From Balanoglossus misakiensis (Eukaryota; Animalia; Hemichordata), in NCBI GenBank assembly GCA_040954595.2, contig CM082579.2, forward strand, positions 4,391,227-4,455,226: a DNA stretch of 64,000 nucleotides, read 5' to 3'. Below the pieces are notes generated by a model that saw only the letters and a list, made by a program, of their open reading frames with translations, searched no databases and was not told where the DNA came from. Of this stretch, positions 1 through 13,801 are shown one piece after another (positions within the stretch are counted from its first letter, which is position 1; every line of letters starts with the position of its first letter). The position numbers and the translations under genes are program-made.

Positions 1-1170
1 TATCTTGCCATCTATGCCGATAGACATACATGTTGCATTGACCCTGTGATAACTGACCCCCATGTTGGCAGAAATCTCCTGGGCGATTCGGTAGAAATTC
101 TCATACAGTCATGTCAAGTTCTAAAGATACGCAGCGGAATTGCTGGATGTACATCCCTTGATAACTGAACTCTGCAGTTCTCCTTGGATTAATATGCTAA
201 AGGTGTTGAATCATTAATTTTTCATGAAGAAAATTAAAAAAATCTTCCAAATGAAATTCCTATGCTTTCATGTATACGCTACCCCCAGGTCACTCTAGAC
301 CAGTCATAATTCTCTTTCAAAAATAAAAAATGAAAACCACAAGCCATGATGAAATTTTTATGGAAGATTTCGAGAGATTTATTTGAAAGCAAGATGTTGA
401 ATACAAGCATGTGAAGTCCCCATTTCAGAATCACTTCACGGGTGTTAATGCAAAGCATGGAATACAGGAATTTAAATTTTTATCTACAAATCCATGCTTG
501 AGGTAGACCCCAGAGTTACATGTACATGTTTGTGTATAAACACAAGCAGGGCTACATATCATATCACAAATCTGATATCAAAAGAAACCTGTTACGGCTG
601 AAGTATAAGCCAAGCAGTTTAAATCCCAAAGAAGCCGCGTATACACACACCCACTATTTGAAATCATTGCATTTGTCACCAGAGGGTGTCCAAAGTCTAA
701 TGCATGAACAGTGTACCTAATTCCTCACAAAGCTCTCAAGATATGCAATATAGCAGTGGTTTTACTTCTACGTAGCCAAGTGTCGACAGCACACTTTACA
801 ACCCACCAAAAATTCCTGATTTCAAGACCTGTTTGGCATTGAAACGACCCCGAGCATCGTACAGAGTACATTGCTTAACCAATCCCACTCTAATTGGTTG
901 GAGTGAGTTGTGGGATGGAGTCAGAAATGAATGCACCCTGCGGGGGTTCAAGGTATTTTTTCAATTGCATCATCGACTGAAGTTACAGTACGACTGGTCC
1001 TGAATAGGGGGCTGTTGGTCTGGCTTATTTGTCTTAATGCGCGAGGAATTAATTCCAATGTTCCCCATAGGGCACTGACATCCATTTCCTCCTTGGAGAC
1101 AGAGAGTCAGAGAGATCGAGACAGAGATCGAGAGAGAATGAATCTACGCATATACACAAATGGAGATCAG

Positions 1171-1210
<40 letters not shown>

Positions 1211-1221
1211 CCTTGAAAAAC

Positions 1222-1256
<35 letters not shown>

Positions 1257-1288
1257 AATGGTGATGATGATGATGATCCTTGAAAAAC
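1171..1288. repeat. Compound (ATG/GAT)n microsatellite, two units each ending in CCTTGAAAAAC
   Basis: (TGA)n 1171-1210, CCTTGAAAAAC 1211-1221, imperfect (ATG)n 1222-1277, CCTTGAAAAAC 1278-1288. Confidence 0.95.
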
Positions 1289-3952
1289 CTGAACCCAGCA
1301 AAGCGTTACATACATGTACATATATGATGTACATACATTTAAATTGTACAAATTACCATGCAAACATTCACAATTCGCCCTTCCGAAAACCAAATGGAAA
1401 CTAAATGCTAAAGGTCATGCCTCATGGCCCACACTGGTACCAACACTGACGTGATGATCACAACTCCAAATACAAGCTGTTGCATTTGTACAAAATATTT
1501 CAATTAAGATGTTTTCTGATAATTCAACTAGGCTAATCTAGCTTACAAACATCATCAAACATCCATTAAGGTAGTATCCTTCCACAATTTTTTGACCTGC
1601 TTTTCTTACTCTCTGTGTGTTGTATTAAACACCGAAGTACAATAATAGCATATCTCTTCTGCTCACTGCACTGAATGATTGAAGACGTTTGTTTCTTGTT
1701 CAATGTTGGCACTGCAAATGATGTTGTATTTTTTCACAACTTCCATGATGGATTGTCACGGAGCCACCGCAGCAGAGTTGAACATATGTTCACTTCCTCA
1801 ATCGCTAAATCAACTAGTTTAATGAAAAATGGAAAGAAAGAAAAAACACAACAACAAAAGACAGTATTTCAACCACCAATCTTTTGTGGCAGAACAATGC
1901 TCATTGGAAACACTCATTTCAATGGCCTTCGCAGACAAATCTCAAGTATTTTCGAATGGGAAATTTTTAAATGACTTTCTATGGTGTGAAAGAAACACCA
2001 TATGCTCCGCACCTAACTAGATGCCCATCAATTTGAAAACCGACGCAACAATCCAGGCGAATTCGAAACATTGTAATGAAAGATGGCAGTTCTGCCATAT
2101 ATAAAAATGGACAAGAAGCTCTGCCTGATCCATCTTGTCATCGAGTCTTCCATTCCACTGCTTTCAATCTGTTCTCCAGAAACTAGTATTAATTGACAAA
2201 TGATTCCTCAAAAAACACTTCCTCTGCGAATAACTCAAAATGTCACAGAACTTTCTGGAGATACAAACACGCACTTTCCAATCATATATCACAGGAAGCT
2301 GAATTGTAATTTCACCAGGAAACCCTCCAAATACAGTCCATCGCACTCATTCATTCACGTATTGTTGATGTTTATCATTTTTTCCTCCGAAGTACAGTAC
2401 AGTCAACTGTGGCAGTTCAGACCACCAGGAGCTAATTACTGTGACCTCTGACGTTGCTGTGAAATGTTCTGTGTTGTGTTTTTTGCACTCCAGGTCACAT
2501 ACATGCATGTACATGTATGTACATGTACTTGCACTTGTTTTTCTTTTCCGTATCTCCCATACAACGACAGGTTTAGATCTAGCCTATACTACCATAATTG
2601 TGTGAAACTCCTTTTTCCATGTGATGGAATCATTAAGACGAAAATATACCCCGAAAAACATTTTTACATTAAATGTCACTACACACTTTCCCATGTCCAT
2701 CCAGTCTTTTCATTCTTTTCCTTAATAATAATTAGTTTCGATAAATTAGTGGCATTTTTCAAGCACCCCCCCCCCCCCCCCCCCCAACATGAGGGTGCTG
2801 TAATGGAATGAATATTGAATCTTACCCAAGAAAACAGTGCTGTCAGAGTTACATTTCAAAGAAAGACTCATTTTCTTCCCAACGTCTTGATCAAATTAAC
2901 TAATTTGGCTGTTACATGTACACTCTGTAGATCTTAGTAGCATGCTGCTACTATAAAAGCTCACATCTGAACTTCTCGAGAAAAAAAATAATTTTCATCT
3001 TATGCAATTTGAGTATATTCCAAACAGAAATTCATCTTCATGCAGTTTCAGATCAATATAACTGTCTATAACCAGGAGGCAGAATTTCATTTCCCCTCCT
3101 GATGATGCATTCATTTTCATCCTTGCAGCAAACCCGCTTTCATGGAAAGTCATTCAGTGACGTAAGTGTGTCTACAGCGAGAAGATGAGAATTCCAGAGG
3201 CAATACGTTTTTTTTCCCAGCGAGTCATAGAACCGAGTTCTCAAATTGTATTGCATTTTTGAAAATCGTCGGAGGGAAATTGTAATACCCAATTTGTAAA
3301 TGACGATGAGGAAAGTGATGACTTGGCTGGAAACATAAAGAGGATTTGTGTGGTTTATCATGAACGGATAAAACGTATCATGGAATTTGGAATTTTGCGT
3401 GCTGGCAGGGAACACTGCTGCCTATAGGAAAGGATGATGTGTTGCAAATTATAAAAAGCTGGGGATGGGGAGAGAGGGAAGGTGGCAAGGAGTGGGTAGA
3501 GAATAACTGATAGACCCCACCCATTGGAGGGTGGGGTCTCATTAGTATTTCAGGGAGAGGGGTAAAGTGGGAGGGGAAAAGGGAGAAGCAGAGGGAGGAA
3601 GGAGGGTATAGCAGATATTGCGCAGGTTGTGTGTAGGGACACAGCCTGGCGAGACATGGATTTGAAGAGAAACGCTGAATCAAATGATAGTAACATAGTG
3701 CACTGTGATGATCACGTTTTATGTGTTCATGTACTCAGAGTAAACCCAACAATATGACAGATTGCTTGAATTGCTTGAATGACCAATGAACGGCAGCTGA
3801 CACTGGTATATCCACAGATCTCATGATGGCAGTAAATACTACCAAGCATTAAACATTTACAATGTCTCAAACAAAAAAACACACAAGGAGATATATCATC
3901 TATTCCCAAAGTGAAAGAGATATGTAATCGGAGATTTGATTGGAAATAACCA

Positions 3953-4210
3953 GGTCTGGTAACCAACTTGGTTGCTGAGTGATGGCCAGGCATATACAAT
4001 ATCTTCATCTTAACAATTTTTTAAAGGGTTGGGTTAAAACAGAGATATTATAAAAAGATTTCATTCGGATTGGTCTGGTTGCCAACTTGGTTGCTATGCA
4101 ATGACCAGCAGAAAGATTTTTACTGTGAAGTTAACAGGGAGATAAAATAATAAAAAATACTTCATTTGGAATGGTCTGGTTGCCATCTCGGTTGCTAAGC
4201 GATGGTCAGT
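3953..4210. repeat. Degenerate three-copy tandem repeat (period about 100-120 bp)
   Basis: A shared core of GGTCTGGT..CCA...GGTTGCT...ATG starts at 3953, 4072 and 4173. Copies 2 and 3 also share an upstream GAGATA...TTCATT.GGA segment. Confidence 0.8.
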
Positions 4211-5561
4211 CACGGTGCCTTAAACTCAACGGCAGAGAGAACTCTAAAGTGTGGGGTCAAAAATATAATAAAGAGAATCGCAGGAAACTAACAGTCTGTA
4301 ATAAGGAAGTGATTCTCGTAACGAACTTGAAATCACTTTGTCACACTTCCGCTCAACGCATTACGGAATCTGTCACTATCATCTTGTAGATTTCTGTCCA
4401 CTCCATGTCAATTTGGGGAAGATGTTGCAAATCGAAAGCACGTTAAAGACTCTTCCTGAAATACATCATGCCTTTTAAACATCCTATAAAATACTTCGCA
4501 ATACAGAGTGACATATGCATCTATATATGTATTTTCACTGTGTGTTATGAGTGTTTCTTGTGTTTTGTGATTAATACTCCAAGTACATTCCGGAAACTGC
4601 TTCTTAAATAGCAGGGTTTGTGGTTGACACTATGAAAGTTTATGAGCTACTATGAGTATTGTCAGTGATACTGAATTCAAAACTTTGCAAGCTAGGGAGG
4701 CAACACTGAGAACTATTTCAACATCTGTGATACAATTATCCATCATCCCACAAGTCAACATCGACATGGTCACTGAACTGAAATGGGAACTGACGGTAAA
4801 TTTTTCCCCTATCGGTGTCAAAATTGCTACATCCTGCCAACTGCCAACAGCCAATACCCCGTACGTATTACGTTTTCATTTTTCCGCGAACCATAACGTA
4901 GTCGGCATGGAAACGAGGAAGTGAGGCGAGCTCATCACATTCCAATGCCAGCCCCAATTTACGTTAACCGTGCTATTTCCTGCCAAAAGGTGATCTGTTC
5001 CCGATGGGAGCCGCCGGACTGTTACAACAGAGAAGCCTTAGCTCTCAAAGGAGTCAGTCCTGTGTGTAGTTGCCCAATTTGACTCGCATATTTTCATGCG
5101 AAGGGTCACCTCCCAAAACATCCTGAAAATTTCTCATCAGTGACAGAGCGAAACGAGGGAAGTATAGTCGCGTGTCTTGACATCCTTTTTTGAGGTCGGT
5201 GACACGTCAAGCACTGGAATAAGTCATTGTGCTACAAACACCAGTGTCAACACCGACTCTGGGACATTTATCAGAATCAAGTCTATTGAACTCAGGGAGT
5301 GCAATATGCCATCAAGTTCTGACTTCCTAATTTGCATAGTGTCGGGTGATTGGTCACATTTTGAGTTGATGCTGACCAATCACAGTTGAGCGGGCTGATG
5401 TTGACATAGCACCAAAGAGAGTCTCCTCTTAAAGTTTGTGCAAAATGTCCCTATGGTTTTTTATTTGTTTATAAATGTGTGTGTGACTTCCAACCATCTA
5501 CGTACAATTAGCTGCAATTTGGTCAATACGACGACGCACTTTAAAGCTCGGCCCAGCTGAT

Positions 5562-5579
5562 GCAGCAGCAGCAGCAGCA
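5562..5579. repeat. (GCA)6 trinucleotide repeat
   Basis: Read directly from the sequence. Confidence 0.9.
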
Positions 5580-8500
5580 CTTAGTGCCATCGTAAACTTT
5601 AAAACAAATTTAATTTGTTGACGGCTGCACGTGTGGTCGGACCAGGAAGTTTTTATCAGGGGAAAAAAAAATCATTTATTCAATGCCTAAAAAGCTGGGT
5701 GACATTTACACTGGCGGGACGGGAGACCAGACATGCTTAAGTGGAGCCATATTGCATGAATTAGTCATAGAACGCGACGCAAATAGCGCGGTGAAAAACG
5801 TGGCGAAGTATGGAGACTGTCTCTTTGAACAATTCATCGACGTGCAATTCACCCATGTATCAGACGTACAAGGCAACTGAAACAAAAGTGGAGAGATGCT
5901 CCACACAAATCATGAAATTTTCATGAAATCCGACGTTCTGGGTCAAACCATAACTGTAAGCACATGTTTCATACATGTACATGTAATTAGGATCAATGAT
6001 ATATGTTGTGAATTAAACAGATTTTTTTAAACGAATTTTTTTTTAATGGCTGTCATTAATAAATCATGAAAAATGATCAATATCCTCCTTTTTACCTTTG
6101 AAATATTCTACAACATAAAAACATATCTACCTTCTGGAAATATGAAAATCCTTTGAATCACACTGATCATAATACGTACAAGATAAACTGCCAGTATGGT
6201 ATTAAAAATATACTGATAAGTTTGTTTAAATGTGATGATGGCTGGAAGGATTGCTTTACACCCAGAAGGCCCAGCAAAGCTGTTCTTAAGTTTCTCTTAT
6301 AACAGAAACTGGCACATTAAATTTTTATTACGGACTATTATGTTGAAGTTAATTCCCTCGGGTCAAGCTCACATGACATGTTCATGTCAGTTTTAACATC
6401 TCACACTGACAAGTTATTCGTATCAGCTTTCATTGGAGTGATCCCGCAGGATGAGTTAAATTTAAAAGCCTGAGATTGCGAATATATAATGTCTGTTGCG
6501 GCTTTTCTTCGGTAACGCGTGTAGAAGTTGCCGTGAACATGCAGGACTGTGGTTTATAGCGATGTATGATACAGTTTTTTTAATAACTGCTTATCTCTTT
6601 AATGCAAGAAAAAAACTTTCTTTCACTGTGTGTTCTGATACCTCTATCCTGTGATAGAGAGAGAGTTGTTCAGTGACGTGTGCGTTTTCACATCTGTGGA
6701 AGGGTTGTTGCTCACAGATTGGAGGACGTTTGCCAATTAACGTCTGTCTCTGTCCAGTAGAATGTACTAGCATGCCTAAACCATGTACATTGGTTTAGCA
6801 GACATCGAGTTTACAATATTGCATGTTGAGATCATGCTGATCAGCCTGCGTAGAAGAAGTGTCATTTCCATCTTTACAATACCTCTGCATGTTCATCAAT
6901 TTCTTAGTTTACACTGCAGAATGTTTTTTAAAATTCATTCAGAGCCAAAGTACACTGAGAGTGGCATGATTATCATGTTTTTTCTTCAGTAGATGACATT
7001 CTGTTGTTATTAAAAGATCTGCACAGATGCAATATTCCCAAGGTTCTGTACTCTCTGACCCAAAGCTGTATTTTGTGATTCTTATCTGCTATTACGTGAT
7101 CAGTTCATAATGGTATCCAAGATCGTTACATTCTCTTTAATATCCTGCGAAAGATTTTTCTGGCTCTACAGACAATAATTTTTATGACGAGAATTCAATG
7201 CAAATAAAATTATCTACTATTTTTAATATTGCTTCCCCATTCATCATGTCTGTCTTGTTTGAGTTATTAATACCTAGGTTGTGTAAAATTCTTCAGTGTT
7301 GATGACCTGAAACACCCCTGTTTTTAAATCCAGTGACCCTACTTATCCTATTCATTGCCATGGTTGAACCAGTCATCTCTGCTACGAGGGGGGTGACAGA
7401 CTCTCAATCCGTCATCCAATAAACTCCTGTTCTACCAACTCAATTACGCAGTTTCATGTCGTTTTGCCTTGTAGAAGTCAGTCAGCCGTGAAATACCCCT
7501 AGTTAATTTTCTTAAGCCTGAGGGTTGGATTTGCCCAATTTCAAATATTCGTTACCGCTAATTACTTGCAGCCGGTGGAGACGAAACATTGCCACGTGCT
7601 GTCACTTTGCTGGCAGCCGAAACTCTTATTCTTCCTGTATACTAAGTGAATTGTTGGCAGTTTAGAGAGCTAACAAACTTATCAACGTCAGACAAGTAAT
7701 GTACAATGCAACGAAAATGAAAAGGAATTATTGAAATGTTCACAATTTTAGTGCAAACATTTCAATCTGTAAATACACTCTTCCCGTCTGAAAGATTTGT
7801 GTATTGACCAAATTTTGATTAACACCTCAAGTAAAAGAGAGCAAAATGCTCTACTTGTAAATTTCTGGGCAGTGGGAATGTTGTTTATAGTTGTGGGTGG
7901 CGGAAGTAAAGGTTAAAACCTACACGGCTGACAGAGACATGCCATCTTGGCCTTTGATTTCCCTACTGTTGGAAATTCAGAGAGATTTGCCTTAATATCA
8001 TGCCTTTGCGACTCGGCTGTGGGGGAAAATCCACTGCATACAGAATGCATACAATGACTGTGTTGTAATAAATATGACAAGCATTAAGAGGTTTCAGTCC
8101 AGGATAAGAACCAAAAGCACACGTCACACCTTTTCAGAGAATGCATGCATGCCATGCTGAAAGATACAACAGACATACAGCAAAGTGAGCCAGAACATGC
8201 CAGTCCACAGCAAGTGTCAGACTGACATGAAATCAAGGCATTGCTCTGATTCACACAAACACAGACGCAAAACCCAAAAGCACATTCTCCAGGGAGCTGC
8301 AATATGTCAATTACAAGTACACCGAGTAACCATGACAACAGCAGTCCTGGCGTCATCCGCCATGTGTTAACTCCACATGAAGTGATTCAGTTCACCCACA
8401 GCAATGGACATGACATTTAACTTAAAAAGCAGCGTTATTTAAAAGAAAAGTAACGTGACTATCATGTCGGCAAATTGCCGCGGCTAGACCACACTGTCTG

Positions 8501-11254
8501 CATAAAGTACCACAGCTGGGACTCTGCTGTAGTCGGCAGGGGTGTGCGGGACGTGCACTTTGCAAATATCACTTCTAATCAATGGAGTACTGTTGAAACA
8601 CCAACTCGCATTTATTTTGAAAACTTCAAAGACCCAGAAATTTGAACTCTGGTTGGTTATACCGGCATATACAATGGGGGCCTTTCTTACGAAGTCAGCT
8701 ATCAGCCTCTGCTGCTCAACAATCAACACTTGAAAACAACTGGGAGTATATCCTGGCTTCACTGAAGCAATGATGAGGATCTGTAGCAGTCTTACAGCAA
8801 GATGTCTCGAAACCAATTTATTCTGTACATTGTACTACTACTGTAAGTGTCTTATCAGTTTCACTGTAATATTTGTTGATTTAGACAACTCTTCAAGTCA
8901 ACATTGCAATGATAAGACACAAATTTCACTGTGGACTTTCACTTCAAGAATCAATTTCATTTTGAGATACACCACATTTTTAACCAAGTGACACTTATGA
9001 TGATGCATTTGCTAATTGTCTTTGCATTATCTCAAATAAGTCATTTCAAGCGCTTTTATCTAATGACAAGACAGTGCCATTAAAATGTTTTTTTTAATCA
9101 AGTATGGATGTATATCATGTAGGTTATTTTTGAGGGTGTGGTTGGCATAGACAGATGACAAATGGATTTTCCATCAATATTAAAATATGCATGTATGCTT
9201 GTTGTATCATGTATGCCAAGACAACAGCTAAAACTTGAGTTTCTGTTGATGGAGAGTGTGCTTGGCGTACCGGTACGATCTCGAAAAGGTATGAACAATT
9301 TTGTTTTTATTATATGGAAGGGCTGCTTTGTGATTTACTGTTTTCCTTCAAACTTCGTTATTAACCGTGACGTTGCTCCTGCCAAGGTTATCCACTCACG
9401 TATGAGAATGTTGCTGTGGCCATGGCAACGGGCATGTACACAGAGTGGTGAAACTGGCTACGACAGCGATGATGTTAGAAGTCCGATCAGTGAGAAGTAC
9501 AATCGCCACGTGCGCACTCTGGGCATCACACTCGTTCTGGTTCAATGACTGGAAATTTAGGCCGATTACAGTTTAGCCAAGTTCGATGGCTCGGATGAGT
9601 TTGATGAGCGCCCAAGCCAGTCAAGCCCTGTGTGTGGTACAGGCACTGTATACACTTACACGACAGGCTGTATAAGCTGTGAACCACACACCAAGCACTT
9701 GAACTTTACACAGCGGAACAGATCAACCACGCAGGCCTACTCACGCTGCAGCTACATTTTTGCACTGTGATGTGTGAAACCCCAACCAACATGATTGCCG
9801 GACGTAGTTCAAAGACACACACTTACACCTTGACAAATAGCTCCAATTCATAACAAATGGACGCCTGAATTGTACACGGCACACTAATGAGAGAGATACT
9901 ATTAGGAGAAAACCACTAAAAATGCGACACTCACACTCAATCATGTCAACGTTTACAGAAAGAGCTCAACGTGAATGGTAGCGATGAAAGACAATTTACC
10001 GCACATTATGGCAGCGATGAAAAAAAGGGGCGCGACTTAGTGTTTTAAATGAAACTCAGCTGTGGGGTTATGAGAAATCATAGTCTGATGTCATCAAGTT
10101 TGCAATATCTAATACCAACAATTTACAGCTGGTCCCTCGGCTGTCTCAAGTGGACTTGTGGGGGACCTCAGGAAAATTGATGTTTTTATCCGTCGGGTAA
10201 TTTTCAGCATATCAACCCAATATAGCTAAGTGCCATTGATTCTGTTACGCATGACCACATCGAATTTATCGAAACATGATTTTACTAAATGCCATTTTCT
10301 GGATAAGTAAGTTTCTCGGGCGAGTCCAGCGATGTGATCTGTCACTTTTATCAAGGAGTTAAAAGGTAAACATGTCAAAAATCAATGCTGCTAACCCCCA
10401 AAGGTATTAGATGTTTGAAAGCCGTTTACTGGTTTACAGAATATCGTTGAAGTGGAATAATCATTACTGAGCACATTTTCCAAGGCGACAGGTCAGCTGG
10501 ATTATGACGCACAGGCATTTATGGGGATAATGAAAGTCCTCCAGTGATATTAATTAAAATATCAATTTTTGTAAAATAACATATTTGAGGGTTTCTTCTT
10601 ACATAAATTTCTCATTTTACATTATCAATCTTTAAAAAAAAATCATACATATATGAACACGTGTACACTAGTGGAAATACAAGGTTGGTCTGCTAGCTGT
10701 GTCGGACAAATGATGTACACTAATAAACAACAGGCATAAGCAGTTGGGAGGACATCTAGTACATTGTATCTATCTACAGTCGCAAGATACAGACTGGTGT
10801 TCGTGTTGACTGACAGGCATCTTTACGTAATCTTGTAAAAGTTAAGAGAAAATCACTCTCGCAGACCTTTGCTTTATTTTGCACTCGTTTGTTTCTCGGA
10901 CTGTTTATGCTTTTGATAGCAGACAGTCGTACACGGGAGAAAAAATAGGATAATTAAATCAACTGCACTGAAGAGCACTGATGATGTCCATGATCGGGTT
11001 ACTTTCGAGTGACTGGTGTCAGGGAAACCGCATCCGACGGTGGATGGATTCGTTTAGCATCAACCTACCCAATGTGATTTTTTTTCTTAATCTGTCAAAA
11101 ATCCCTTCCTTAACTGCGGCCAAATGCAGTGGCTACGATTCGATTTAGATTGAAATTCGACAAATTACATTCCCTGGCAAACTTTTAACGTAATTTACTC
11201 TATGCTCGGTGAGAGGGTGGAGGGGACACTGGGAGAAATCAAGCAGGAAGCGAT

Positions 11255-11297
11255 GTTGCCGTGGTGATGACTAACACAGGCTCGGTTGCTCGGCAAC
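11255..11297. promoter_or_regulatory. Pair of RFX X-box-like motifs
   Basis: GTTGCCGTGGTGAT (11255-11268) and GTTGCTCGGCAAC (11285-11297) resemble the X-box GTNRCC-N0-3-RGYAAC. Motif match only. Confidence 0.4.
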
Positions 11298-13801
11298 AGG
11301 TCTGAATTATACCGCATTCAGACTGCAATCATCAAACTCCTGTGTGCTGTGCGTTCTGAAACACATGCACCGTGTCGACATATGAGTGGAGATTCTCTAA
11401 ATCTCTTTCCGGGGGAACAAAAAGAATCAATTTCAGCAGATACACTCCAGAATATGCGATAATGTTATCACAATCTCATCCCAATTTAAAGAGCGGAGTC
11501 AAGGAGGACAAATTGGAAAAAATAGTCAAGCTTGATAGTGTCAATGTCTCACCCTCACGCCTTGACATTTTTGGCATACCTCCTCGCCTCAGATATAACA
11601 TTGACTTTGACAATAACTAGGTCGCCGAGGTCGGGGGAGAGTCCACCCTCGTCATCTGTCACCATAAAAAAGTGACAGTGAGTGAAAGGATGTGTATTAA
11701 ACAGCACATGTACCATGTTTTTGGAGAGGAATCAAGATACAAACAGAAGTGAGATCTGATCCTGCTCGACTGTGAGTTTTCTCTGCCTAAGCAGCCTCTC
11801 CATCTCCTGACACGTGGAGAATATTTTGGTTTCACTACAAGATGTTTTGTCCCAACAGTGTAAATCAGATCCAAACGAGATTCACATCTGAACAAAACAA
11901 GTACCCTTAGCAATATGTATACTAAACTCCTTTTTCAAAAATGATCTTTATTCACTCATTCCATTTGCAAAGCAGTGGGTCTCCTCCTGGAAAACATCCT
12001 GAAAATAATTACTTGATTGGCTGGACGCATTTAGTTAATTAAAGTGTAAATAAACCATTAGCGGTAAGCCGACACTCACTAGCCTTGGGGTAAAATCTGT
12101 GCTGATTTGACGATCATGTCTTTTTTTTTCTGCTGCCGAGCAAGCAAAAATTGTTTTATCTTTTGCCGGAAAAAAAAATTCCAACAATTACATTTCGTCT
12201 CACTTGTGGCACTGCCTAACAGATTATACTGCATCTTTCACAACAATAGTTAATGTTATCATTTTAAAGTGTGTGATTTAACAGGGTCTAACTGCAGGGT
12301 TTGGCAAAAAAAAACACTCACTCACTCAACAGATATTAGGACGGAGAAAATTTCCTAATCTACCTCTCAGTTTTGCTCACACTAAAAGTTGTGCTGTTTT
12401 ATAGACTTGCAAGTTTCAAGATAGAGAAGATACATGTATCTCTGTTCTAGTGAGGTGAAGGTTAAATACACCCCTATTTTGAATGCCCAATCTGGTAGCA
12501 CCATAAAACATGCTCTTTCACTTTAGGGACCCCGAACCCCCTCATAATCGCCGGTATTTTAGAGTTATTTGTGTGAGGAAGTAGAGCGGTCTGTCGGTCT
12601 GTGCAGCCCCAGCCCTGGCCTGGCCTAGCCTGCCTGCCTGAGTTTGTTGACACTTGACAATTTATTGAATCCCACTCTGGTACAAATATGGTATGCTGGT
12701 TTAAATAGCTAATGATTCTGTGCAGCAGATCTACACTATCACTCCCATTAATCTCACAGCTGTTTAACCAGCACCACAGTGTGGAACATAAGATTCTGCT
12801 GAGCGAAGAAGATCGTAGGACATTCTTTTTTTTTCGTCTGTAAGGAGCAGAAAAACAACTTGATTACAGTGATTTCCAGTTTAAACAGATCCCAGAAGAT
12901 AGCATCTGCTACGTGAGTACTCTTTTGATTGCTATGGAGACATTTTCTCCTTTTTATGTGCAGACTTTGCCTCTTTTAAGTTTTTTTTCTTTCTGAGAGC
13001 CCGTAAAAGCAAAGACGCAATGTTCATTACACTTTCAAAGGGGCAGTGGTAACAATATCCGTGCTCTGCAAATTTGCGCAAAGTAAGGTTTAAGTCTTGC
13101 CACGAGCCTGCTTGAATTGACGGAGGGGTTTTGCTTCTTTTTATTTATTATCCACTATCCTCCGTGTAGTTGCAGCGGCGCTTGATGAGTTCGTCATGTT
13201 TGCTCACTTGAAGTCTTGCGTATGATTCCAATGCTACTTGTCCCCAATAGCGCTGACCTGTTAGCTGGGGCTATCTCCCAGCAATGTAAACATATCCAAG
13301 ACAAGGATCTAACGAAAACACAGCACATAATTGTTACCCTCATCAGCTCTGTTGTGTGAACAGTTTCACCCTGTTTTTGGGGTGGTGGCTTCTCAGTGGG
13401 GCTGCGTTTTTTTCTGTTTTCATCGCCACGCCTTCACAGTTTTTCGCTTGCGTTGGCGTGAATAGAAAAGGGTGACAGTCCAACAGAAGAAATAATCATC
13501 ACAGCTGCCGTCAAACACTTTAATAATTTGGCGAGTAGCAGGCTACCTCAAGAATGCGTGGATTGCCTTGTCGCTGTTGAATCACTCACGGCAAACGATG
13601 TCAAATGATGGCAAGGCGATTCCTGCGAGAAAACCAAGAAGTCTTGCATTTTTGAGAACTAATTTCACATGATATTAAAAAAGTGACCGCATGATGTCTT
13701 GTCATTTCTTCTGGGATCAACTTTGATCAGGGAGAGATCGATGGAGCTATAAAGCCCACGAGTGCGTTAACATAATGTCATTTCAGGATGCTCTTACTTA
13801 A

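Noticed and set aside
3953-4210. Repeat-spacer pattern considered as CRISPR-like
   Set aside because: Only three degenerate copies with partly homologous spacers, in a eukaryotic intron with no cas genes.
13470-13530. Minus-strand ...DGSCDDYFF resembling TASNDDYYF of TBC1D19
   Set aside because: It would need frameshifts, lacks the VFED continuation and has no suitable splice sites.
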